A DNA stretch of 64,000 nt from the NCBI GenBank assembly GCA_950097015.1, contig CATNEN010000029.1:2232001-2296000 (forward strand). Reading direction: 5' to 3'. Position numbers and translations under genes: made by a program. Shown piece by piece: positions 1 to 12,076 of this stretch (its first letter is position 1; every line of letters starts with the position of its first letter). This DNA comes from Macrostomum hystrix (taxonomy: Eukaryota; Animalia; Platyhelminthes). The notes under the pieces were generated by a model, which saw only the letters and a list, made by a program, of their open reading frames with translations, made no database searches and had not been told where the DNA came from.

Positions 1-226
1 AGCCGACAGCACAGTCGAAACTACTGCACGGTGCATCTGATTGGCTGCGTACAGCTGTTCAGTCCATGGACTTAGGGGTTGCCACACCCACCATCAATTG
101 CCCTAGCTGATGCTGGCACCCATCTGAAGCATTGCAGAGTTGAGAGTCTAGAGTCTAAGAGTTCCAGTGGAGTTAGGAATCGAACCCCCGACCTTGAAGT
201 CGCCAGTCTGAAGCTCTAAACACTAG
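1..226 (-). mobile_element. SINE family 1 (tRNA-head, CORE-like), diverged copy cut by the window edge
   Basis: Reverse complement matches the SINE at 55658: B box GGTTCGATTCC (ggaatcgaacc at about 176-186) and the shared 3' body (agccgacagcacag...gcatctga...cagtccatggact). Confidence 0.85.
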
Positions 227-355
227 TGCGTCCTTCTACCTTTAGTCTGTACTTAAGCTAAATGTTTTGGTTTCATTATGCAGGAATCGACTTAAAACTG
301 TGGACTCCACATATTCAGTGCTTTTTACGTACAGCCAAAATTCTGAATCTCACAG

Positions 356-2217
356 ACGTGTCCTGGCTGATCATCGCTCTGTCCATGCTAGGCAAGCTCT
401 TCAACACTGCAGCCTTCGGCGTGATCTACCTGTGGACGGCTGAGCTCTATCCGACTAGCATTCGCAACATCGGCGTCTCAGCCAGCTCCATGTGGGCCAG
501 AATTGGTACACTGTTCGCACCGGCTCTGGCAGATATTGTAAGTAGCGAACTTCAGAATGTGAAGCTAATTTGTTTTTCTACAGATATTGTTCACGGAAAC
601 ATTCAGAAAGCTTTGGTTTCCAAAACTGTCGCTGCTCACAGTGTCAGTCCAGATTGAAGCCAGCAACAAGAAAGATGCCATTCTTCCGCACTCTCAATTT
701 TCGAACACATTTTTAGCAAAACTTTGTCCCAGGCCAGGCAGGCACGGTGCTGGCGTATACCATTTTCGTCGCCATTTCCACAGCGGCCGTCTTGCTGGCG
801 CTGTTCGTGCCAGAGACTGGGAGTAGAAAGCTGCCAGACTCACTGGAGCAAATGATCTCCATCAGGTGCCTTTCACTTTGAAGCTAGGAGACGTCTGCAA
901 AATGCTAGAGTTAATTAGAGCGTGAACAGGTCCGCTAGCGTAATCCACAGATACTAGAATACTATAACAGTGTGTTATAATATCTATGGCCTAATCCGAA
1001 CCAAATTCATAATTTATTACATTCATGACTTTTGTTTCCTAAGTTATTCATGTTCTAAAAACTATTTTCAAAAAATAGGCATACTGTTCATGCTCTAAAA
1101 GTTTTGAAAACCTAGCGGGTGCTTTAAAACAGATATTAGAAATTACCTCCTAGAATAATTTGCTAGCATATCTCGTCCCTTTCGTAGAGATTCTCTCACT
1201 CTGGTATCAGAGATGCTCTCACTCTGGTATCAGAGATGCTCTCACTCTGGTATCAGAGATGCTCTCACTCTGGTATCAGAGATGCTCTCACTCTGGTATC
1301 ATAGATGCTCTCACTCTGGTATCAGAGATGCTCTCACTCTGGTATCAGAGATGCTCTCACTCTGGTATCAGAGATGCTCTCACTCTGGTATCAGAGATGC
1401 TCTCACTCTGGTATCATAGATGCTCTCACTCTGGTATCAGAGATGCTCTCACTCTGGTATCAGAGATGCTCTCACTCTGGTATCAGAGATGCTCTCACTC
1501 TGGTATCATAGATGCTCTCACTCTGGTATCATAGATGCTCTCACTCTGGTATCAGAGATGCTCTCACTCTGGTATCAGAGATGCTCTCACTCTGGTATCA
1601 GAGATGCTCTCACTCTGGTATCAGAGATGCTCTCACTCTGGTATCAGAGATGCTCTCACTCTGGTATCATAGATGCTCTCACTCTGGTATCAGAGATGCT
1701 CTCACTCTGGTATCAGAGATGCTCTCACTCTGGTATCAGAGATGCTCTCACTCTGGTATCATAGATGCTCTCACTCTGGTATCATAGATGCTCTCACTCT
1801 GGTATCAGAGATGCTCTCACTCTGGTATCAGAGATGCTCTCACTCTGGTATCAGAGATGCTCTCACTCTGGTATCAGAGATGCTCTCACTCTGGTATCAG
1901 AGATGCTCTCACTCTGGTATCAGAGATGCTCTCAGAGACAATTTCAAATTTGTAGTTTACGCGCTAGTACAAGTTATTAGAGAAGTTTCTACAAAAATGT
2001 ACAGTTTTGAAGCACCCGCTTTCGTCAGGAAAAATTTAGATAAAAAACGAGTTCTGGGAAGCTATGGGAATTTTTTAAGTACTTGATTTCCTGCTATATA
2101 AAATATTTCTTGCAATCTTTCAGGTTCAACTCTTCAGTCGGCAACGAACTTGGAAAAGAGGAGGAAAGCGGCGAGGAGAAGGATCAGGAGTCAGTGGACT
2201 TCAACACAAAACTTTGA
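356..2217 (+). CDS. SLC22 / organic cation transporter family protein, 3' exons only: 356-537, about 738-865, 2124-2217
   Basis: Exon 356-537 encodes LSMLGKLFNTAAFGVIYLWTAELYPTSIRNIG (ELYPT..R signature), donor GTAAGT at 538. Next exon gives ...LALFVPETGSRKLPDSLEQ (PET..LP motif); its acceptor is uncertain and a small exon may lie between. Last exon after TTTCAG joins in phase 2 and ends ...DFNTKL* (PDZ-type tail). The 5' part of the gene is outside the window. Confidence 0.85.
1186..1933. repeat. 23-bp minisatellite (agagatgctctcactctggtatc), about 32 copies, in the last SLC22 intron
   Basis: Directly visible tandem unit with a g/t variant (cagag/catag). Confidence 0.97.
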
Positions 2218-3164
2218 CCTGGACCTCAACTCAAAACAGTCTCATCTTAAGTCTAAGGCTAACTGCTGATGTACATCATATCAGAAACTGTAATTTAAGT
2301 GTACTTTTTGTCGAATGTAGCTTTATTGTAGCAGAATGATATCATAACTTTCCTAGAAACGAAAATACCTTGAAACCAAATTTTGTGCTTGAAATACCCA
2401 TATTTCATCTCTGATGTTTGACTATACCTTTTAGTTACGTTTTACGAATTGCAGAATGTTTTTATATAATTACTAATTTACATCCGATCAAAGTAATATT
2501 TGTGTCCTACAAATAAACGGATCATGTAAAATGTCAACATGTTGAATTTCATTTTTAACAGGTTTTAACACGAGCTTGCACTGCCTAAGCCTACACACAC
2601 ATTGCACTTTCACGTAAAGCTTACTCTACAAAAAACCAATATGTTTTATTCGATTCGAACACAAAGAATACAAAACTCGTAGCAAAAAGAACCTAAAACT
2701 AACTCAGAGCACTGTTCACAAACAGTCGAAATTGCTGTGTTTCAATTTTTATATAATTCAAGTCTTTTTATTTGTGTTTTCGATTTTTGTTTTACTTCTA
2801 CTTATTTTATTTTTCAATACGAACACGAAGCTTGTAGTGCGGTGATACGCCAAATCTTCATGTTGGACCACTGACTTTAGAATGTAGAGACCTAAGTCAT
2901 TTTCTCTTAACATGCTACTATATGAAAAGTTATTTTGTAACATAATTTAGAGAGAAGCAATTACAAGGACTTTGATTTAAAAAGAGGACGTTAGACACTA
3001 GTTTTCGTTAGTATCTCTCGCGGAATGATAATATAAATAGGCTAACGGTTAGACTTATGCTTAAGTGTACAGCTTAAATTAGAGGTTTCCTTACAAGCTT
3101 TGCTAAAAAATATAAATTGCACCCTTTGTGGCCACCTCATCGGACGTCGTCTGATTGGGATTGG

Positions 3165-3868
3165 GTGCAAGATTGGGAGGGGGTGCAATATAGGGAGGGG
3201 TGCAAGATAGGTAGGGGGTGCAAGATAGGCAAGGGTGCAAGATAGGGACGGGGTGCAAGATAGGCAGGGGGTGCAAGATAGGCAGGGGTGCAAGATAGGG
3301 ACGGGGTGCAAGATAGGCAGGGAGTGCAAGATAGGCAGGGGTGCAAGATAGGGACGGGGTGCAAGATAGGCAGGGGGTGCAAGATAGGCAGGAATGCAAG
3401 ATAGGCAGGGGTGCAAGATAGGCAGGAATGCAAGATAGGGACGGGGTGCAAGATAGGCAGGGGGTGCAAGATAAGCAGGGGGTGCAAGATAGGCAGGGGG
3501 TGCAAGATAGGGACGGGGTGCAAGATAGGCAGGGGGTGCAAGATAGGCAGGGGTGCAAGATAGGGACGGGGTGCAAGATAGGCAGGGGGTGCAAGATAGG
3601 CAGGAATGCAAGATAGGCAGGGGTGCAAGATAGGCAGGGGGTCCAAGATTGGGAGGGGGTGCAATATAGGGAGTGGTGCAAGATAGGCAGGGGTGCAAGA
3701 TAGGGACGGGGTGCAAAATAGGGAGGCGGTCCAAGATAGGGACGGGGTGCAAGATAGGCAGGGGTGCAAGATAGGGACGGGGTGCAAGATAGGCAGGGGG
3801 TGCAAGATAGGCAGGGGGTCCAAGATAGGCAGGGGTGCAAGATAGGCAGGGGTCCAAGATAGGGAGGG
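3165..3868. repeat. G-rich 18-19-bp minisatellite (ggggtgcaagataggcag / ggggtgcaagatagggac)
   Basis: Tandem variants visible; source of the PAYLAP/CLSCTP pseudo-ORFs. Confidence 0.95.
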
Positions 3869-5455
3869 GCCCTGGTTTTGAATTTGGGTCCAGGAAGTCA
3901 GGGGGGTTGGTTTCTGTTAGGGATGGGTTTGGTGGTCGGTTTGGTTTGGGATCGGGGTCCGGGTGGGTGTGGGGTGGATGACCCTGCCAATCCGGTGCGA
4001 AGGCGGTAGAAGTGAAGGGACTTTCTTTACTGCGGCCCATAGAGCTCCTGAATCCAGCTCCTTAATTGGCCCCTTCCAACGATTATACTCTCTGCACCAA
4101 TCTCATCTTTCCCGTGCCAAATTAAAAAACTCTCGTATCAATATAAACATTTACAAAAGAACAGGTGACTATTTTAATAGCTAAAGTTGCTGTAATTATA
4201 TGTATTTAATTTAAGAAAACAAACTGAGCAACAAACGTGAACAATCAATGTTACAAAGCACATATAGCAGTAGATAGAGGACATTGCACTTCTCATTTTT
4301 TCACACCAGGAACGGTCAGTTTTACATGCTATACTTCCCTAACATAGCAACGAGGTGATTTTTTAGCAGTCATACAGTAGTGTGCAGTATACACAAGTTT
4401 ACACAGTACACATCTTAAAGAAAATTTATGTAGCACGATGTAAATATACGCTCGTAGTATATTACATATATGCCAACAAATCATCAGTAACTTATATACA
4501 CGCAAAAGACGCACATTAAAAGTATGTAGCAGACCTCTCAGCTCTCTCTAGATTTGGGATTGGTGAGCTGAGTATTTGGGGGGGATGGTAGCGTAAGTTA
4601 TAAGGGTAGAAGTAGGTATTTTCACGCTGTTCGGATTATACCTAAGGTAGCGCTAATGCCCGAGCGGCAAGACACTAGCTACTAACAAAGGGGGGAATAA
4701 TATTTTACTGCTGCTGGCACGAGGGCTAAATTCACTGATTTGAGGTACACAGTCCGTGGGGCGTATTAGGATGGATTGAAGTTGCCTGGTGATGCTTTCG
4801 CAGTTACCTTCTTCTATGGGATTGGAATTAATATAGTTTCATTAGGGTGGACAATTGCTGAGTTTAGGGACTTCAGGGGATATATTTAGAGAACTTCAGG
4901 CGGGCTTCAGATAGACTTCAGGTGGGTATTTAAATGGGATTTTAAGGCGGGATAATCGGGTTATAAAGGGGTTTATAATAGGGTGGATTTGGTTTTAAAG
5001 GGCCGACGAGGGATCTTTAGGTGGGAAGACCGGGAGGGTAAGGAAATTCAACTGCTTCTTCCTAGTAGAAATAACTAAGTAACTCAGTCTATTTATATCG
5101 TAACTGAGAAACAAGGAGGAAATAGGAGCGTTCGTGTTTATTCAGGCTGATTCACTGGGAACGGGGGAGACGCAAGTTGTAGGAGTGTTTTAAAATGGCA
5201 TGATATTTATACTCGTACAAAAAAATAGGGGTGGGTGCATGACCATCTGGGGCACATAAAACGAGCCGCGAGTGTTGCGTAAAAAAGACGACTACAGATA
5301 ATAGCGTAAAATTGGCGGGAGTTTAAAAAAGATCTGCCTCAAGTATTTTGTATTAATACGTACGCACGTGATGGCGACTCAGGAAGTTCTCAATTGCAGA
5401 AGAAAGTTTGCCTAATAAATGCCACATTAAAGACGGTAGTGTTAGTGAATCGGAT

Positions 5456-6277
5456 TCATTTCAGCGAACAAACAGGCGAGCTCGAGCGCAATTGCGCTGG
5501 AGTCTCTTCGTGTGGCTTCAAAATCCTGGGCTGCTGCAGACGACGATTATCATTGGTGCGAGGATAGCGGCACCAGCTCCGACAGGTTCGGGCGCGATCT
5601 GCATAGTACACATGAGCTCGACAGATAACCGGACGTTGTCCTGGCCAAAAGGGTGAAATAACACTCGAACTGGCTCGATAATTTTTGCAGCCATCTACAG
5701 TGGGCTGCTGTGACTTCAGACGATCAACTTCAACAGGTGGCGCAGGGCCAGAGACGTAAAGCAAAGAATCAGCAATTCTAGCCATGCGATTCAGTGGTTG
5801 ATCCTTAAACGCTGATAACGCTTCTCTACACTCTGGCGGAACGCAACGCAAGAGCATGGCTTTGATTTCATCGTCACTCACCTTTGCATCACACTGAGCT
5901 ATCTGACTCTTCACTCGGCGAACAAAAGCGGAGGGCTTATCGGCGCCTAAGCCAGTAGAGTTCATCAGCTCGACGAGTTTCCTCAGTTGATACGGATATA
6001 GATGGTCAAGAACAGCCTTTTTTAGGGTCGAATAGCTAGATAGGGCCTGTGATACCATTGATGCAATGTCTTCTGGTAGAAGACTAACCAGGTAGAAGTA
6101 GCGCGCTTCTTCCGAAACGATGCCACTCAAAGCGAATCGCGCCTCCAACACACAAAACCATGCAACTGGATTGTTTCGCAAAAGCTTGTAGCTCAAAGAA
6201 CCACCAATTTCATCGTTAAATTTCTCAAATCTACAATTCGAAGTCGATGATGCGTCAAATCTCAGATCTTCTGCCAT
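5456..6277 (-). CDS. Ty3/gypsy (CsRn1-lineage-like) Gag protein, 273 aa, intact and stand-alone
   Basis: NPVAWFCVLEARF...EEARYFYLVSLL...YSTLKKAVL...LGADKPSAFVRR is a typical Ty3/gypsy capsid N-terminal pattern. C-terminal CRAHVYYADRARTCRSWC is exactly C-X2-H-X9-C-X3-C (CHCC knuckle). No protease or RT ORF follows the TGA at 5456. Confidence 0.85.
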   Translation of the reverse strand: MAEDLRFDASSTSNCRFEKFNDEIGGSLSYKLLRNNPVAWFCVLEARFALSGIVSEEARYFYLVSLLPEDIASMVSQALSSYSTLKKAVLDHLYPYQLRKLVELMNSTGLGADKPSAFVRRVKSQIAQCDAKVSDDEIKAMLLRCVPPECREALSAFKDQPLNRMARIADSLLYVSGPAPPVEVDRLKSQQPTVDGCKNYRASSSVISPFWPGQRPVICRAHVYYADRARTCRSWCRYPRTNDNRRLQQPRILKPHEETPAQLRSSSPVCSLK

Positions 6278-6298
6278 AGTTTAAAATGGCTAATGGCT

Positions 6299-6312
6299 CT
6301 AAAAAATCAAGC
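6299..6312 (-). promoter_or_regulatory. Candidate splice / trans-splice acceptor 21 nt upstream of the Gag ATG
   Basis: Minus strand reads cttgattttttAG|agccattagccattttaaactATG; an in-frame TAG in the leader shows it is UTR. Confidence 0.5.
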
Positions 6313-8944
6313 ATGAGTCGGTGTACAAGAAAAATTCTAAGTACTATTTGAAGTACTAGTACTAATCAAAGCACGAAAAAGGCAACAAAAATTTGGTAAC
6401 TGCTATAAGTTTTGAGTACTGTCTATACCTACATCTACCGCAAAGCTTATATTAGAATGAATCTAGAAAATTCTGGAAATACATTTAAGGGCGGCAATAT
6501 AAATATTTTCTTATCAAAGCTTAATTTAATCTTATTCATACGCTTTTGTATGAACGTTTGTTTGAGTATAATTCGTTTTTAAATTTCATTTGTTTAAGCA
6601 GCAAGCAATTTTTTTTAATTTTAGTAGGGCGCTAAGAATTTAGAACACAATCACCGTGTCACAATTTATTATTATATGACCGTCACCGATTTTTCGGCAC
6701 AAGTTCCAGTTCCAGTTCCAGAGAATGCATACTGGGAAATATATTTTAAAAAAACAACTTTGTGCATTTGTAAACACAAAATGCTTTAAAATATCAAAAC
6801 TGCCAAAAGAAATCTATTCAAAAAAATTTCATCTAGATTCTCTGCCTAATCACTGAGTTATAGCCTTCTACTTTATTATAGAATGCATGTCCCGTTAAAC
6901 GCTATGCATTTTAAAAGTCAATTGTGACATTTTTGCAGAAAATCGAAAAATTTATCATTTCAACAGTCAGAGCCTATCGAGTTGATTTCAAATATCAGAA
7001 CTGCAAGAAGAAATCTACTCAAAAATAAAATTTCGATTTTATATCCTGTTGGCATGGATGCATTGGGGTTTACATAGCATAGGGCCTATTATTGACATGA
7101 TAGTATAGTATAGCATAAAAAGGCCTAGTTTTTTGTATAAAAGAATGGGCCTATAAATAATGTAGCCTAGCCTATACATGGTGTGCAGTTTACTCTGGCC
7201 TGGACTGCTTTACTTTTAGTTCATTATTAAATGTCTTCTGGGCTTAGATCTTGTCTCATTCAATACAATTTTGTACAAAAATGCAAAGATGCAAAAAGTT
7301 TTCCAAGAAATGTATTGATCTTTATTGCAACAAGTCAAATGTTTTTGACAATTGATTTGTCAAAAACACCATAGTAAAAATGTTCCATAACTGTAGGCTC
7401 ATATTCAGTGTGGCAGTGTGGCTAAAGTTTTTTAGTTAAGAATGTATGTAAAAATACTTTTATTTAAAGCTTTAAAATATAAATTAAAGTATTCTTAGGC
7501 CTACTTTTAATATTGAAACATTGTTCAAAGCTTGTGCAACAGTCAATCTCCAATAAACCATGAGTCTCCATGACTGTATAATGACAGTGACAATTTCCAA
7601 AAATCACTAGATATGGGCCTAAAAGGCTTAGAAAGTGATGGAGCATAGGTTGGAGTAGGCAACCATTTCTTGAGTTGTAAAAGTGGCACAACAAAGGGCT
7701 TTGTGTACTTTCCTACCAACTGAAGAACCATTCTGTCTGGCCTGATCTCAAATTAGACTAGGCATATAGGATTGCTGCTGTTGCTATGGGGCTTTAGCAA
7801 ATGTCACTGAAGAATGTAGACAAGGTGATGTAACATTGACAACTTTTAACTTAACTATTCTTAGTACTTCCAAATAGATGATGCAGTGTAAGAAATTAGG
7901 CTTGTATTTTTGTGGGTTTAAAAGTTTATTTGTAATTCCTGCTGTTTCTTTGCCACTAAAGGCAAATCTTATTTGCTAGTGCTCACCTGGGTAGGCATTG
8001 GAAAAGAGATCATAAGAATTAGAAAAAAAGATAATTGCTGATCTTTTGGCAATGTGTAACTATGGCAAATAAACAAATTTTATGCAGTCGTTCCAAAATA
8101 GAACCTGCCATATTAGTCACAACTAGTGGTGCTTGTTGAAAAATACATAGATTTAAGTTTTTTCTGTTAATCCAATTTGTAAACACAATGTCAATTTTCA
8201 GCCTTAGAGTTGGCTGTGAAGTGAAGCTTCCATGACAGTGAAGCTCTGTCACAACAATGGCTGACCATACAGCAATATCTTCACTAAGTCAAGAATCACA
8301 TCAGAAAATATGGATTTAGGTTGCAGTAAAGAAGTCTGCAAACCTGCATTGTTGCCAGTTAAAGCAGCGGCTACAGTATCAATCGGTTGCTTGGCAACAT
8401 CTAGTGCTATTGTTGCTTGCACTCCTCTACTGGCTGTGGCCCCTAAAAACATAGATAATCTGTCTAAACTAACTACTTCTGCATTACTGCACTGCATTAA
8501 AATGTCATCTGATTTGCCTGTGGAGACTTCTAAGCGGGTTTGTTTGTTGCGTAGGCCTCGAACTCTCGACCTACCAGGCATGGCAACTGTCTCCCAGACT
8601 CTTCCAGATGGGCCAGCACCATTGGCTGATTCGGAGGCCATTTAGCCTACATCAGTTTTTGCTGTCTTTCTTTTTTTGTCTCTTGCTTTGCTTCTCTAAT
8701 GCTAGTTTATTAGCTGTAAATATATTTATTTAAACCATACAGAATGCCTAAACTGCCTACAGAACTGATTCATTAAAGAGGAAGACATAGGTGGTCATGT
8801 GGCGTGCAAGCCTTCTAAGAGGAGGGCAATAGTGCTTACTAAAAATTATTTAGAAGTGGTCAATGAGGCCCACTAGAATATTCCTCACAAGGGTGGGCTC
8901 ATGGCTTCTAAAATGACCACCTGGGTAAAAATTAGCCTAAAAAT

Positions 8945-9285
8945 GACCCCCCAGAGGTGGGCAATGAGCCTACCAAAATGACCTCCCCAGAGTTGGGCAA
9001 TGAGCCTACCAAAATGACCCCCCAGAGTTGGGCAATGAGCCTACCAAAATGACCCCCCCAGAGTTGGGCAATGAGCCTACCAAAATGACCCCCCCAGAGT
9101 TGGGCAATGAGCCTACCAAAATGACCCCCCCAGAGTTGGGCAATGAGCCTACCAAAATGACCCCAGAGATGGGCAATGAGCCTACCAAAATGACCCCAGG
9201 GCAATGAGCCTACCAAAATGACCCCCAGGGCAATGAGCCTACCAAAATGACCCCAGGGCAATGAGCCTACCAAAATGACCATCCA
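8945..9285. repeat. About 25-32-bp minisatellite (gggcaatgagcctaccaaaatgaccccc[agagtt])
   Basis: Tandem units visible with variable C-run and loss of agagtt in the last copies. Confidence 0.93.
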
Positions 9286-10481
9286 AGAGCGGGTACTAGG
9301 GGCCAAAGGATCAGGGAAACTCCTGTTAGCTAGTCACAGAATATGCCGTAGTTGTACTCTGAATCTCTCGCTAAATGTTTGACTTTGTTTTTTTTTCCTA
9401 ATAATATTCTACCGCTTCCGCAGTTTAGATTGGATTGCTTTACTTATTCATTCTGAAAATGAAATTGCGACCTTCGCGCTATTGTCGTTCTGAGCTCAGT
9501 ACCTAATAATAAAAATAATTAAGCTCCACCATCTGCTTTACACATTCTGCTGTTCAAATTCTTCATCAAGCTGTACATATCTGTGCGTGTTGCCAATTAA
9601 AATCACGGACCATGTTCTATTAACTTTCTACGTTAATATTTTCAATGTATTTTTAACTACTGTAATTTGAAATGCAATGAGCATATTTGATGTTTAAAAT
9701 TCGAATAGGGCATTTCTCGTTATCCGAAACTATTTACATTGTTGAGATTCGTTTTAGAAGCATTATTATCATATCACTTCGTGTTTTTATAATTAAGCGC
9801 CCACCTATTTTAGATTTTTTTGCTTGTAATATATTTGTAACGAATTTCACTCTACTCATAGTAGGGGGAAATGTGAATTAGAGAATTAAATAATCTTACA
9901 ACGTATTGTCTTTCTCTTTAAAAAAATCGAAGCTAACGTCACTGACTATACACTCGTAGGTAACAAACAATAGACTATAATTAGAAAATCTGGATAGGAT
10001 ATAAAGGGTAAATCCTGGTTTCCCAAACGTCCCACCTCCTAGACTTCCCGATATTTCCGAATTCTCGACTCTATAAAACCGTGAGGAATTTTCCTGAATC
10101 CAAAGTCTTTGAATTCTTAAAGATTCCAGAATTACAGGTTTTTTTCCTAATTTCCGACTTTCTGCATTTTAGGTTTCCCAATTACAGATAAAAAATTTCA
10201 AATTCCGGTTTTTCGAAATTCCAAAGTTTTTTTATTCTAGATTTCCCAAAATTCCGAATTTCCGAAATCATTTTTTCGAAATTCCGAATTTCTTAATTCC
10301 CGTTTTCCGCTAAATTCCTGACTTGACAACTTTACGATTCTCAGAAATCCTAATTTAGCGGCTTTTTTAGAATCCGAGCGCAAAAGTACTCGTAGAATTT
10401 CATAGAATCTGCTAGGACTTCTCTAAAAAAACCTACGATCATTCACTTTGCAGCACCCAAAACTGGATCCATAACGCAGCC

Positions 10482-11027
10482 ATGTCTGGACAGGCGCCGT
10501 TTCCCGACTTCCGGCCCACTGAGCTGTCGCTACTATGCAGCGAGACCGAGTCCCAGATGCAGCGCACTTTGAAGGGCCTCCACCGGGCCCTACTAAATCG
10601 TCAGACCGAGCTGCGTCGGGCGGCTAGGCGCGCCGCCGCGGCAGCGCCAGACGCCGACAATCCAACAATACGCCGGCGCCGCCTCCTAGACGAACTGCGT
10701 CACGGCCGGACGATGGCCGAGCTGGCCGCCAGGCGGGGCGACGCTGAGGAGGCCGCCTACAGAGCCGAGCGAGAGCGTCAGCTGCTGGCCGAACTGGACG
10801 AAGTCGATCCTGGCGCCGATGTCGACAATCCGCAGCTGGCCTCCGAAACTGCATCAGCGGGGCTGAACAAAGTCGGCGACGTCAGCAGGAGCCTACTGTC
10901 GGCTGCGTTCGCCGAAGCCATTGACGAGTTTCAAGCGGAACTGCTGGCCGAGATGCGTGCCGTGGGCGCTCAGCTGGCCGAGCAGGAGGTTGGGGAGCTA
11001 GCCGCTGAGGATAATCTAGGCCTGTGA
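10482..11027 (+). CDS. Unidentified 181-aa helical/coiled-coil protein (single coding exon)
   Basis: GC-rich ORF standing out from AT-rich flanks, gcagccATG context, TTTGCAG acceptor about 30 nt upstream; no family recognised. Confidence 0.6.
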   Translation: MSGQAPFPDFRPTELSLLCSETESQMQRTLKGLHRALLNRQTELRRAARRAAAAAPDADNPTIRRRRLLDELRHGRTMAELAARRGDAEEAAYRAERERQLLAELDEVDPGADVDNPQLASETASAGLNKVGDVSRSLLSAAFAEAIDEFQAELLAEMRAVGAQLAEQEVGELAAEDNLGL

Positions 11028-11616
11028 GCCTCGCTGTGTCCCAATTTTTATTCCCAATGTACCTATCCACCCATTGTGCTTCCTTGAAAATTTACTTCTG
11101 TAGAATTTCAATTCTGAAGTTTGTTTATATCCTAGAATTCAAATCCTAGTGTGGAATTAAAACACAGAAAACACACAATGAAGTCGTTACATTTTTCCAA
11201 TATTTTCTTTCTTAGAATAGAATCCCACTAAAATAAAAAATAAAACCTAATAATCCCTAAAATTTCCCATTATACAATTAGAATCCCAAATTAAGTAAAA
11301 GCATTGTTGTTTTACCTAACAATATTCCGATGTACGCATCTCCTGTAAATATTTTGATCATGCTATTGTCACAGCGGGTGCTGATGTGTTTTTACGGCTA
11401 TTTCTCCCAGCTAATCATTGAACATAAATACGAGTATAATGTGTAAAAATGAAACTTGTTGATGTCTTTATTGATTAAACAAAAGTACAAAGAAGCACAT
11501 CTGCATTAAAAATGCAAATGTGTCCCACGCATTATTATAAATTTGTAAAGATAAGAAAATTCTAGCAAGTGTATCTAAGTCTTCGTCTGTATTTGCTCAT
11601 TTAATCATTGTTCAAG

Positions 11617-11917
11617 TAATAATAATAATAATAATTGATTATACCTGCCCCAATTGGGTCAGATGTACAGCCGACAGCACAGCCGCAGCTAATGCGCGGC
11701 GCATCTGAGGGCTGCGTACAGTCCATGGACTGGGGGGACGCCACACCCACCTTCAATTATCCCAGCTGAAGCTGGTACCCAATTAACAGCTGGGTGAACT
11801 GAAGCAATGCAGAGTTAAGTGTCTTGCTAAAGGACACAAATTGTTCCAGTGGAGTCGGGAATCGAACCCCCGACCTTAAAGTCGTGAGTCCGGCGCCCTA
11901 ACCACTAGGCTACAACC
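11617..11917 (-). mobile_element. SINE family 1, full length
   Basis: Minus strand: ggttgTAGCCTAGTGG (A box) ... GGTTCGATTCC (B box), gtgtcctttagcaagacacttaac...cagttcacccagctg (CORE/MIR-like), (ATT)n tail; candidate TSD gttcaag at 11610-11616 and 11924-11930. Confidence 0.92.
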
Positions 11918-12076
11918 TCAGTAGTTCAAGAGACAAGGCTGCGTGGGCAGTCACTGTTTGCTGTCTCATCCAATAGCCAGTGGCTCAAATCTGCCTTATT
12001 TGCAATGATAATGTGAGAACGCGGATAAGCCGAGGGTTTTCCCAACCTGGGAGTAAAAAGCGTTTGAGCAGCATCG

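Noticed and set aside
4550-5450. 3' LTR for the Gag
   Set aside because: No matching copy upstream of the ORF, and no TG..CA ends, PBS or PPT recognised by eye.
9990-10340. Recurring ttccga/aattcc motifs
   Set aside because: Too degenerate to define a unit; treated as old low-complexity sequence.
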